Below are positions 29,101 through 43,200 of a DNA stretch of 64,000 nucleotides, one piece after another. Source of the stretch: Lingula anatina (lineage: Eukaryota; Animalia; Brachiopoda); the NCBI GenBank assembly GCA_051362555.1, contig CM120646.1, forward strand, positions 17,236,001 to 17,300,000, in the 5' to 3' direction. The first letter of the stretch is position 1. Each line of letters opens with the position of its first letter. The notes beneath the pieces are model-generated. The model made no database searches. It was given only the letters and a program-made list of their open reading frames with translations, and was not told where the DNA came from. The translations under genes and the position numbers were made by a program.

Positions 29101-32100
29101 GGGCTGTTCATGAAGAATGTTAATAGGAACTGACATGTCTTCATAGGGGTAGGGGAGGGGGATTCTCAACACAGTGGCATATCTCTAAGAGTTGTTAAAA
29201 TGTGTTTCACATTTACTTCACGTACATAGGGGAATTTTTGAAACATTTTTGAAAGGGATAATTCATATTATGACAGTTGTATGTATAGGTGCCTTTATTT
29301 CAGTTTTTGACTTTTACATTTTAACTGTAATTTAGTGTAATACTGCACATGCAATTGTATGACAAATTGCATGCTTATTTCTGTCTCAGTTGATTGTTAT
29401 ATATATTGCATTAATTTTATTTGATATTTGTTTATTAATTTATCTGTATTCATTTTCTCCTTTTTTTCTCATTATTATGTAATTTTATTCTCAGATATAA
29501 TGTACTGATTAATTATTTCATGACAATCAACAGACTGGGAAATGGAACGACAACGACTGTGCCCAGTGGCTCCCCTACGTGTGCAAGAAACCAGCGCCAA
29601 GGATGGTGAATCCTCCACCTGTCACCTACACAGGGTGCCCTTATAAGGTACTGCTTGTATTATCACTTAAGCTATATGGTAATTCTGTATTTAAACAAAA
29701 TTAGGTACAATCGTATGTTGGTGCATTTGGGTATCCATCAAAAATATAAGTAGAGACTTCACCTCTTTTATACGTAAGGATGTCCTCTGAACTCTAAATG
29801 GTGTGTTTCACTTCTTGCATTAAGAGGACTTAATTCTCAGTGTATGATACACATTCAAATAATGATATAATACTTATTATTGTTACTGTATTGTATTTTA
29901 ATCTTTTTTATGACTTCAGAGAGCTACTGGTGCTTACAAAGGGTCCTGTTACTCTGTTTTTGCCACTGGAGCTACCTGGCATGGTGCAGAATGGGCATGT
30001 AATAGTACTGGAGGCTACCTTGTGGCCATCAACGACCAGTAAGTACTGAGACCACAGGAGAACTTCTTAACAAAGAATATGGTCTTAACTTATTATTCAG
30101 GCAAACTCTTTTCAACGTCATTTTTAAAATCTTTTTTTTTTTTTTTTTTCGCACAAAATTTTCATCCTTTACTCGTGCAGCGGAATTCTTTCATTGCTTT
30201 TCTTAGCCTTGAACAAGCCTATATCTCAGGACAGATAGGGGGGAGACTGACGGTGAACATGGAGTTCTGGACTGGTCTCAGCAAGGGCGGGGAAGGCACT
30301 TCATATGAATGGATCTCTGGGGACTGGGTGTCCTTTACTAACTGGGACGATGCTCATATGGGTATGGCAATTACTCTTAAATTTCAAGCACCTTTTTTAT
30401 GTCAGAATTTTAGATTTTTCAAAGTATTATATCTTGGTTACTTACGGTGATTTCTTTGTACATTATAACAGATGAGTTTATTGGAGAGAATAGGGCTAAT
30501 TTAAGGAGAGGCAGATTTTTATAATCCTATTTATTGTCACTTTATGTGAAAAAAAAAGAATGGCCTTTTTTTAGGTAATGAGAAAGATGTTTGTGTGGTG
30601 GTCTCCAAAACTTACAAGTCTATTGGAGAATGGTCTGACAGGAATTGCAATGAAGAGAAATTCTTTATTTGTGAATACAAAAAGGATGGCTATCTACCCA
30701 CCCCAGCTCCTACCACTCCTAAAGGACAGTGCCCAACAAAATATGGCTGGAGGGAATATGGGAACTATTGCTACAAGGTTGGTGAACTACCTTTTTATTC
30801 TTTCACATTTTTTGCCAGCACTGAAAGATCTCAGAATTTTTCTCTATGTGGTAGGGCAAGACCATCAAATGCTTGGTTGGACATTCAAGAAATATGTATC
30901 AGTAGTTAGACCTTATAAATGGATTAGGTGTTTACTCACACTACCTGCAGATCTTTTAGCACTAACACCCATATTAACAATATAACATTTTTTTTCCAGA
31001 CAGAGAGTTTTTACGGCAGGTCAAAGAAAACCTGGTCTCAGGCTCGTGAATACTGCATTGCAATAGGGGGTGATCTGGCCAGTTTTCACAGTGAAGATCA
31101 GATGAGAAATGCAACCTCCATTTCTGCATCCAGGTGAGGATTTTTAAAACAATGCTAAAATATGAAATTGCACAAGATTTATCTTTTCCTGCACAATTGT
31201 TAAGATAGTAATGATTTTAAAATAATATGTACATAGCAACAGTGATTTTTCAGTTCTATGCAAATTATAATGACTCATTTTAAAAGGACACTTAATTACA
31301 GCTACAGCACATGAGGGTAATTTTTTTTTCTTTAGGTAGAGCAAGTTTTGTGGTGATAAATAACCATTCGCATGGAAATAAATAAAAAATAAAAGTGTAA
31401 TTCTAAAAAAATGCACAAACAATTCCCCCTATACCATTGAATTTACATTTAATTTAATTATTTTTATGCAATAATACACGTCATACTCTTTCAAAATATT
31501 TTTAAATATTAAAATATTACTAATGTTTTCAGTCGATACACTGATCTCTATTGGATTGGCCTATCAAAACCCGCTAAGAGTAGCAACTATGTTTGGAGTG
31601 ATAACTCGGCTTTGGATTATACTAACTGGAAAGCAGGCGAACCAAATGACCACAACGGGCGTGAACAGTGTGTGGAAATAGACAAATATGGCGGAGAATG
31701 GAATGATGTCAACTGCAATGCTAGAAGAGATGTGATGTGTCAGATAAGAAAAGGTATTGTTAGGATCAAAAAAAGTTATAATTGGAAAACCATACTGAAC
31801 ACTGTCTTAAACTGTACATGTAGCTAGTATAGTAGTGAGCTGTGACCTTTGATTATTTTTAACCCAAACATTGGTTCAGTTTGTGTGACCGTATCATATT
31901 GTCAAGTTGTTTTATAAATTTTTTTAACGTGGATCAATATCTGAGCTGATTATGTCTTGTGTGAATGCAGTTTAACTATGTTCAATGTGTCATAAAATAT
32001 TTTAGCCAAATGCTAATGAAATACTTTTCTGGTTAATGGAAAATTTAATAGTAATCTTGCTAGTTTTTATACAGATTCTTCCTAGTCATTCATTTATTCC

Positions 32101-35100
32101 ATGTAACCTGTACTAATTAAGCATGAGGAGCATCAACTTCTTATGAAAAGATAATGCTTTAATTGCATTACAAGAAGATTCAACAGATTTAATTAAATTA
32201 AATCTTTTATGATGGGCAGAAGTTTTAATATTTAAACTTGTTGCTACTTTGGAAATTTCAATCTACTCGCACCACAGTACTGCTAAAAGAAAACTTAGTA
32301 CAGTCAAATGTGCAAGCATACCAATTTTTTGCACCAAATAACATGTATGAGTTCCCACTGAACTATTTTTCTTGATGTTCCAGGTGACCCTCTGTTGACC
32401 ACAATGTCCACTGTTTCACCAACTCCAGGTAAGACAACAGTATGGCAGTGGTTTTAATCAGTTCAGGTGCAAATTATGCATTTCTTACCTGGGTAACACT
32501 GCGGGTGGTTTTCTGCTTTGACTGATGTTAGGATAAACCATTCCTTCTACTAGCATAAGATAAAGCCAACGTTTTTGGTACGTCAATTTTTCAAAAAACA
32601 AAACAAAAAAAAAATAAATAAAGTTCATTAACCTGAAAGCACATATCACATGTACAACTGGTATAGTCTTAATTTGTATAGCATTCATCAAGCGGGAGTC
32701 CATTTAATGGAGGTGTGGATGGTGACAGTTGTCATGATGAGGCATTCTTGCTATTATCTAACTCATCGTGATATTATCATTTAAAAATATGTTTCTTCTT
32801 ATCATTTTGTCTTTTCATTTCTATCTTTTCTTTTCATCTTTTCATTTCTATATTTGAAGCTCCAACCTGTGGCTCTGACTCAAAATGGCTTGCACACAAA
32901 GATTACTGCTACTTCATCAGTGAATCATACGGCTCTGGGACAAAGTCTTGGTATGATGCAAGGAAATACTGCATGCAAAATGGCGGAGATCTAGCCAGTA
33001 TACATGATAGTGACGAGAATGATTTCCTGCTTTTGGAGGTGAGAATATATTGTGCTAGGTTTGTAGTCATCATACTTTTTTGTCAGAAGTCCCACTGCAA
33101 AGCTTTAATTTTCATTTTAAGCTAGCTTTTTAATATGGCATAAAATACTTTTAATTTTTCATTAGTCTCCATATGCTCATAAAGTATCATTTCTCAGGCT
33201 GGTATAATATATAATGATAAAAAAGATTTTGAACCAAATGTTTTCATTCTGTTTTCACACTTGGAAAAAAGCTGCTTTGCCAGACAACTACAGGTTTATT
33301 TGATTATGTAATTTATCATTTCCATTTTATTTTCTTCAGACAAGCAAGAATTCAAAACAGAAGTACTGGATTGGCCTAAATGAGCTAGATTTACAAAGCT
33401 ACAAGTAAGTTTGGTTTGTTTCCTGAATATTTGATAAAAAAATTTTACTGCTGGAAGAACAATATACCTGTACAGTTTGAAATTGTTGGTATTTTTTCCC
33501 AAAATTTGAGAGTGATATTGTTATATGTAAGAATTGGTTATTTTGCTAAATATGGAACATCTAATGTGCAGATGGTCCGATGGAACACCAACTGACTTCA
33601 TTTGGTGGGAAATAAACGAACCCAACAACTTCTTGGGAGGACAGAAATGTGTGGATTTTTATACCAGCACAGGTAAGTGGTGCAGTTCTGATTCATTAGT
33701 GAACTAATTAGTTTATTGATAATATATCTTTGGTAGTTTTATGTGAAAAATTATGAAAATAAATTGGGTAATTATGAATAACAGTTGCATTTTCGAAAGA
33801 TTAGAAGTACTCGGTACACTTCACTTCATTTTCATTGAATGAGCTGGTAAATATACATGTATCTTAAAAGCAAATTTCATAGTGTTTGGAGAAAAAACTT
33901 CATGAAGTAAGGAAGGGGAAGCAAATATTTTATAAATGTTTAACTAATTTCTGTAAGCAAAACACAATTGTAGATTATTCATCATGCAGTTCTGATAACC
34001 TTCATAACTATGACTTAACCCCCCCCCCCCCAAAAAAAAAAACTGACTTACAGTAAAAACAGTTAACTAAAGATTCATAATAAATGGCAATGAAATAACT
34101 TATTTTACTACTGACAGGACATTGGAATGATGACAATTGTGGTGACCTAGAGAGCTACATCTGCAAGAAGCACAAGGACAGCAGGACGACAGCCACCCCA
34201 GCCCCCACCCCAGTACTGCAGGGAAACTGTCCACCAGGCTTCCAGGGCATTGGTAGGTATAGCAGTGGTGATTGTCATGATATGGCATTGTGTGGTATAT
34301 GACGTTATATTGTGTGGTATGGCATGTTATTGTGTGGTATAGTATGGTATGGTATGGTATGGTATGGTATGGTATGGTATGGTATGGTATGGTATAGTGT
34401 GATGTGGCATGACATTTAATGGTATTAAAGGCCCCACCCCTATACTGTAGGGAAACTGTCCACTAAGCTCCAAGCCTCCAGAGCTTTGGTATATAGTAGT
34501 CCTGGCATGACATCATACATTGTGTGGTATAACATGACATGATATCTTATGACATGACATTGCTAGTTAATATTTTTACTGCTAGCAACATTTCTTCATG
34601 ATTCACTTTCTAATTTCCAGGCAACAAGTGCTTTATGTTAGTAGGGGATGATGTTGATTCCAGCCAGCTAAAGAACTATACAAATGCAGTCGCTGCCTGC
34701 GCGGCACTCAACAAAAAGTATACACTAGCCAGTATAACTAACCCACTAGAACAAGGTAGGGAAATTAGCATTTTCTTTATGTTGTATGTACAAATTGCCA
34801 TTGGATTGTCTCCACTGAGTGAAAGGGTACCTTACTGGACATTTTGTCTCTTCTTAATGACAATGTGTTGGGTAAGACAGTTAATTAAGTAAGTACCATG
34901 TAAATGTTTGGTATACTGTGTTAAAAGTATAATGTTTTTTGTATGAATGAATTCTGGTAAAATAAATGTTTCACTTTTGTAAATTTTTTTATTTGGAAAA
35001 ATTGTACATTGTCTTTAACAAGCTGAGAAGGCACATAGCTTTAAGAGATGTGATAAAGCATAAATTTTATCTAATAAATTATTTTAATCACTCTTACAGT

Positions 35101-38100
35101 TCAAATATGGTCAAATATACCTGGATTTCATTATGATATCAAGAATTGATTATCATATCTTTCCTACTTCCAGCTCTGGTGACTTCAATGTTGAAGGGTA
35201 AAAAAGTAGATTTTTGGCTGGGCTTAAACAAGCTTATTTTGCGAAGGTTCCAGTGGACTGACAACTCTCAGTTTGACTTCACATACTGGGACTATGGAGA
35301 ACCAGATGGATCTTCTTATGGAAGTGACAGGGTCAGTGATTAAAGTACAATTTATAAAAATGTGACCATCTTGCTTTTGATCTTGCATTTGACTGCCAAA
35401 TTGAAACGGGTTTTGAATTAAAGTCATTCAAGTTTTGTGTTGAGATCAGTGAGAAATTTATTTTTTAAATCTTCACAACTGTAAAAAAGACTTTTAGCTT
35501 ATTAATAGTATTGATTATTACAGCTACATTGAAAATATACATTAAATTCTAGACTTTTATTTTAATTTAACACCTTATAGGAAGACTGTGTCAGTCTCAC
35601 CACTAGTGGAAGTTCAGCCGGACACTGGCGTGATCGAGATTGCAACCTGAAACTGGGATATCTGTGTGAAACCTGGAAAGGTAGGGGTTTGTATCTTGAA
35701 ATATTTAATAGATATTTAATGGTACGTTTTCACCTGAATTTTGATACAAACATTGCAAAAATGTAGTGTTAACATTATTATTTTCTCACTTAATTCAGAA
35801 AAATACTATTTTCAAAAAGTTTTAATAACTGATTTCACTGGCTTATCTTTACATTGTACTATATATTTTACTATCTTAATATTTTAAATGTCTATTTATT
35901 TATTGCCTTTATTTATGTTATTATGTTCATTTTAATTTTGTTAAGTCGACTGATCATTTTAAAGGATTTTAGACTAATAATAAATATATATTTTTTCAAT
36001 TTGCTATATGAAGTCTAATGCTCATTTTGTGATTTTTTAATAGACCCAAGTCAACCAGCGCCACCTGTCACCCAATCTCCAGCTTCATGTCCTCGTGGCT
36101 ACGACACATGCGGCAGTGATTGTTATCAAATGACAGCAGCCATGACTTGGGACAACGCCAAGGCTACATGTGAGAGGCAGGGAGATAAGCTGGTCTCTGT
36201 CCTGGACAGTTATGAAGAGGCCTTCCTCATTTTATACACTCAGAGAACTAAACCACAACCTGTTTGGCTTGGCATGAAGAGGAATGGGGTAAGGGGAGAG
36301 ACAGCGCTTTGTGTTTCCAGGATAATAGAAAGATTATGAAGAATTAGCAGTATGTGTTTTTTTTTCTGCATCTGTTAAACTGTGCCAGTGAAATTATGAT
36401 ATTTTTCCAACATATTTTACTCTTGTTCTCAGAGTTTGTTAATTGTTCACTTTTAAATAATTTAATGGGATTAATTGAATACTAACACTGATTTTATTTA
36501 TTTACGTAACAGAACTGATATTGGAAAGAATTGTCTTCATTCAAGTCAATATCCAGAAAAGATCGTATTGCAAGTCATCATTTGTTTTATTTTATAATTA
36601 TCTAAAATATTTTAATTACCATAATTTGGCATGTGTTGTGTAGCGATCCTACTACTGGGATGACGGATGGCCTGTGGACTATGCCAACTGGGCCAACTCA
36701 GAACCGTCGCGTGAAGATGCAGAAATGTGTGTGGCGCTGATGCCAGATGGGCGCTGGAATGATACTGTATGCAGTGCTTCAATACAGGGAGTGTGTAAAA
36801 AATCTTCAGGTGAGTATGATATTGTCATAACAGTTCTGACTGTTAGTTTTTTACTCGATCGGTTGAAGAGATTGTTATCCCTACTTAAAGTAACAATGAC
36901 TAGTAACATGCAATACAGTGATATTGGACAGTTATTTGTTACTTTATTGTTAAAATGACTTCTTTCAAGGTATGTCTTTATATTAAACTATTAATTGTCA
37001 ATGAATAAAAAGCAGCATTTTTATAATCAATAATAACAGCTCATTTACATTTTAATTGATGATTTCAGCTGTCCCACCATCTGTTGCCACAGACAGTCCC
37101 GGATACTGCCCAGATGACAAATCGTGGTTCAAGTACGGTTCCTACTGCTACCTGTTGAATGGCAATGCTTGGGACTCATGGCCAGAGGCAAACCATGAGT
37201 GTTACCAGCTGGGAGCCTCACTGCTGACTGTGACCAGCCAAGAAGAGATGAATTTTATCAAGAAGATAGTACGAAGTGAGGATATACGTGGACGTAACGT
37301 TTGGATTGGACTTTTAAAGAAACCTGGAGGTAAGAGGATGTGGAAAGTTAAATAGGGAGAAGGTGAAATGTGGATAAGAGTGGGGATAAATAGCCTCTTA
37401 TTAGCTATTATAATAATGTAAGGAAGTAAAATGTAATGGTATTACTTGGTATTAAAAAATGATATCTTTATCTCTATTTTTTAGCTATTTTCCTTCCATT
37501 TTTTTTTACAAGTAAGAGATAGCGTTCAGTTGGTGGATTTCCTAGGAAATGTTCAAGCAAAAACGAAAAAATCAGGAGAACATGCTTGTGTGTTTGGGCA
37601 AAAGGGGGGGGGAGTCTTACTTTTACATCACTTTCTTTACCCATGCTTTCCTAACTGCACTATATACGTAAGCTTAATATATAAATCACCTCTCTATTTT
37701 CTAGGTGCCTTTGGTTGGTATGACAACACAGCTTTAAGCTATGTGAACTGGGCCACGGGTGAGCCAGCCAAGGATGAAGACAAGGGCTGTGTGTCCATTC
37801 ACCCAGCCAGTGGGAACTGGGAACTGGAACAGTGCTCCTACTCCAGGGGATATATATGTAAAATAGCCAAGGGTGGGTGTCAATCTAACATGTCAGTTTG
37901 CTTTGGATTTGCAAAAAGATATGTCTCATTTTTCTTTTTTTTTTTTTTTTTTTCGTTGTCCTTTGATTTGATATTGTATTAACTTTCAATCAGTAAATGA
38001 TCATGAATAAGAAGAAAATAAAAAAAAAAGATGAAGATGATTGTGAAATTTAAATTTCACTTGGCAATGCCTGATAACTTTACTAAGACAGGTAGAGTTA

Positions 38101-38538
38101 ACATAAGCTTGAATGGTATTTATCTAACTTGACTGGAATGCTTTTGAATGATTTGATTTTTTTTCCCTGAAAATGATTTCATCTTGTGTTCACAGTGCCT
38201 ATCTCCACCACCCCTGGCCCATCCTGCAGATCTGGCTGGTATCTTAGAGAAAACATATGCTACAAGGTTTGTGTACTCAGCATTGGAGAAAAATAGCAGA
38301 ATTATTGAAAAGATTTAACATTAAAATGTGTAGGAAAAATCCTAACATTAGAGGAAAAATAGTTACGAAAACTGCAGTATCATTGGGAAGGTTTAACATT
38401 AAAATGGGTAGGAAAATACTTAACATTAGAGGAAAACTACTGAAAAATATTTGTAAAAATGTTGACAGCTTAATCGGTAGAAGAATAGTAAAAAAAGTGT
38501 TAGCTAAGTATAGAAGGCATTTCTTGTTAACAGGCACG

Positions 38539-38581
<43 letters not shown>

Positions 38582-40127
38582 AAAAAAAAAGAAGTAAAAG
38601 TTTTTAAGCTTGGAATTATCTTTTCAGGGCTTCTTTGAGTATGACTCCAACAAGAAATCATGGGAGGAGGCTCGCAGTTTCTGTCGTGCAGAAGGCGGAG
38701 ATTTGGCTAGTTTCCACAGTGAGGCAGAAAAAAATTGGTACTTGGAGAATCTGGGATATTACTACAGGTAAAAAGCTTACATACTTGTTTATTTTACAGA
38801 TACCTTTATTTAGTACATGAAATTGTTTGTAGAAATTATTTCTGCACAATAGTTATTCTACCAGATTTTTACACTGATTTTGTCTAGTCTGTGTACAAGG
38901 ACATTTTTTGTCACAGCAAAGGTAATTTATTTGATGTTGAAAATTTATCATATTTAAGTCTAACTTTGAATTCTGTAAAACCTGTTTACCACTTATGGTA
39001 ATCTAACGTTTAATATGTTCTATACTGGATTGAAATTTTGTTCTTTTTCAGATACTCAGTTGGCAAAGAGCCATCATGGATTGGACTTCGCATTCCTAAA
39101 AATGGTAGGTACTTGCTTATTAAATTGGAACAATGAGAACAAAAAACTCATTATAATAGTAGTTATTATGATTTGTGCTTATTATTATTATTATTTTTAT
39201 TATTATTATTATAAAAGCTGCAAACAACCAGCACACCTGGTCAGACGGCACAGCGGCAGATTATTTCAGCTGGGAGAAGGGACAGCCGGACAACCACAAT
39301 GGCAAAGAGAAGTGCGTCAGTATGATATCCAGCACAGGAGAGTGGCGAGACGATAACTGTGCTGGTGCCAGAAGCTGGGTATGTAAAGCACCATATGGCG
39401 CCACACCACTTCCCAGCACCACGACACCATCTAGCACTGGTGAGTTAAAGTTTAATGTGGATTTTTTTATTCTATGTAATGATTGATTGATTGATTGATT
39501 GATTTTTGATGATTATGTTTTAGATGTTTCTTATCTGTTAATCTATAATCTCTTATAAATTTTTAATTTTGCCCTTTATTTGCTCTTTGTAAGAATTCTC
39601 ATAGAAATTAAGAAATCTGAAATTGGGACTTATTAGTGGATTTTTCAGATATGAATAAATGTCTAGGTTTGATTTCCAATATGCTTATGATCTAGAGTAT
39701 TATTTTCATCATGATTTCAATATCATTATAACCATAATTGGTATTATTATTATTATCAAAACATTATTGTTTTAGACCATGGTGAATGTGGTAAGAAATG
39801 GAGCCTGTTTGGGGATAACTGCTATTTCTTCAGCGAACTTTGGGGTGACAATTCGCGTGAGTCCTGGTTCAAGTCGCGCGAGTATTGCCTGAGCAATGCT
39901 GGTGACCTGGTCAGCATTCACACTGAGGCCGAGGCCGATTTCGTTACGACGCTTGTCAGCAAAAGTCAGCACATGAAGTTGTGGGTTGGAGCCAGCAATT
40001 TCGACTTTGAGGGATACAGGTAAGTGGTGGATGGCGTTTCTAGAATTTTGCTACATTGTACTTGTTTATAGGCTCTATATACATGCCCCAGGCATTAATT
40101 TCAAAAAGAATTATCAGCATTATGAGT

Positions 40128-40224
<97 letters not shown>

Positions 40225-43200
40225 CCATACAAAGTGAATTTTATTGTTAAATGAGCTACAGGTTACTGTCTGTACTGTCCGTAGCTATACAGAGCAATGT
40301 CTGTACTGTCTGTAGCTACAGGTTGCTGTCCATAGCTCATTACATGATACATAAATAATTCACATGGCTCATTTATATTTTTGCTCAATATGTAATTCAT
40401 TTGTTATGGGAAGAAAAGTGTCTGCACATGCACTTGCACACAAATACACACACAAGGACAATCTTGGTCTCACTGTCTCATTAATTTTCAAATGATATCT
40501 TGGATTTTGAAGCCAAATTTTCATACTTAATGGTGCTTTTTCAGTATGCTCTGGTGCATACACTTAGTAGATACCAGTAGGTAAAAGGAATGATAATTTT
40601 GTGTTTCTTTTTTCGTAGTTGGACTGATGGAAGTCCCATGAACTACATCAACTGGGCCAAGGGGGAGCCGAACTCTCTGTTTGGTGACCAGCGGTGTGTG
40701 AACATCTACTCGGGGACAGATGGGATGTCGGCAGGTGAGCCATTGTTACTCCAGTGATAATCCTGTATATTTACTTGTTCATAGCGCTCTTTCTCTCTCT
40801 CTCTCTCATTCTCTCTCTCTCTCTCTCTCTGTCTCATGCACCTGTGTGCTTTTTTTTAAATTTCCCAATATGCATACATACAAAGTTCACACACACACAC
40901 ACATACATTATTGTGCTGGTTTCAGGCACCTTCAATGATGATAACTGTGGAGATCCCTTGCCATTCATCTGTAAGAAGCACAAGTCCAGCAGCACCCCTG
41001 GGACAGTGGCCACCACCCCCACCATCCAGGGCAACTGCCCCAGGGAGTTCCAGGGCATTGGTGGGTATACTGGATTAACATTGTGATGAATTAGGCTGTT
41101 TTTACAACCATGGACTAACTAGACGGTGGATCAAATATGGCGCACACTTTACAATGGATTCCTGCCTCCCATGTGCATTAATCTAGCAGGGGTAGAGCAA
41201 TTAAATGTTGGCACATATTTGATCCAGGGACTAGTTAGTCCACAGATCAACTGGTTTTGTGAATGCAGCCTTATACATTATTGCTGCATTATGCCTTATG
41301 TTTGATTTCTTGTTTTCATTTTGGGAGCTTGTTTATTTATATATTTGTTTATTAAGTTTTTATTTATTATTTAATAATTGTCATTGATTTTTGTTTATGT
41401 TTTTGTTTTTTGTGTTCAATCAGATTATTTTTTTTTCCATTAAAACAAAAAACAGAATTAATTTTATCAGTACAATTTTCCTAATTACCAAAATATGCCT
41501 AGAGACTAATCACTATTATATTCCCTTGAATTTTTTTTTACTGAGCTTCAGATCTGAAGCATACCAAGAAAAATGAATGGATAGTTAGCCTAATATTTTT
41601 AACTTATATACATTTCATAGGCAACAGATGTTACAAATTTATGGGAGAAGACCCATCAGAGAGAAAAAACTGGACCAATGCTGCAAGAGCCTGTCAAGAT
41701 ATGGGAAAGGGGTTCACGCTGGCCAGCATTACAAACCCTATGGAGCAAGGTAAGAGTACCCTCTAGAACAAGTTCAGTCAGATTTCTTATAAGAATACCT
41801 CAAATGCAGCATGAAAAAAATACAGTTAGAGAATTTTTCCTGGACCCAGCCCATTTTGAAAAAAGAAAGTGGCCTTGATTTGCCAAATATGAATAAATCA
41901 GCATATGATGTTTGTTGTTGATGATTCTCAAAGTACGCGTCTCTGTCATCTCCTTTTCAGCTTTTATAACCAGCCACCTACAAGCCAAAGGGACGGATTA
42001 CTGGATAGGACTCAGTGACTACTACAAACATCACTTCTTCCGCTGGTTGTCAAATGAAGATATAATCTATACTAACTGGGGCAAGAATCAGCCCACTAAC
42101 TCTTGGAGCGTAAGATATTATTTATTTTTTATTTTTTATATTTTTTTCATCTATACTGACAAGGTTCAGACTTGTTGCTCTTGGAGTGTTTAGCATAAAG
42201 CACTGAATGCGCTTGACATAATAGTTTTGTTGGTTTTCAGATTCCCAAATATTTATGCACAACTGCGCATGCACTTCTATAACAGTTAATATGGTCAAGA
42301 ACATTGATGATGACTTTACAGTGAACAATATTTAACAGTTACAGACAGCATAAAGTTGCAATTGCTGAATATATTGATATTCTTTTAATTCAGTCTGACG
42401 ATGAGCAGTGTGTACAAGTACGAGCCGCCAGAGGCAGCATAGGAAAGTGGGCAGACTCCAAATGTTCCGATGTCGCAGCTTTTATTTGTCAAACCTGGAA
42501 AGGTAGAATATTCTGTCATTCAGTGAATGTTTCATTGCACATTTCCAAGAAATTCTTGACATTCGTTAAAATGAATTCAAAAAGTCTTAAAAGTGATTAC
42601 TGTGCAAGTTGAAAACGTTTCCCTCTTTTTACTGATAATAATGTGTCTTGAATAAGGTGTTTGAAATAAAGGAGGAGCTTAATAAAAATGTGTGGTAAAT
42701 TGTTGTAGGTACAACAGTTCTCGTGATCTAATTCATTTTCCCCTTTGTGTGATTCTTAAAATTCTTACAATTAGTGCATCTTCAGTTCGTGTCTTAATAA
42801 CGTATCAATTTGTTGTAAGTTTTTGAAGGTTTTAAAAACCTCAAGTAGAGGTATATATATTTCCTTCATAGATGCCAAGATTCCAACCCCTTGGACACCC
42901 GCCAGTACTCCCGCCCACCCGTGTAAACCGGGCTATCGCTCCTTCGACGGCCAGACCTGCTACAAGCTGTACACTGAGCCCAAAATGTGGACCTACGCCC
43001 ACCGCCAGTGTACGGAAGACAAGACTCTGTTGGCTTTCGTCCCAGATGCTCTGGCAGAGGCAAACTTGCAGACTTTCATGATTGAGACTCAGGGGCAGCC
43101 AGTTTGGCTGGGGTTGAAGGATTTGGGATATGTAAGTTTCTGCTCAGTTTGAAGTTTTCATGTGTTGCAAGACAATTTACTAATTTCTGACAGTCCATCG

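Noticed and set aside
38311-38450. Short direct repeats (also 40255-40340, 43630-43720, 63777-63898) as CRISPR-like arrays
   Set aside because: Degenerate tandem repeats in eukaryotic introns with no unique spacers and no cas genes.
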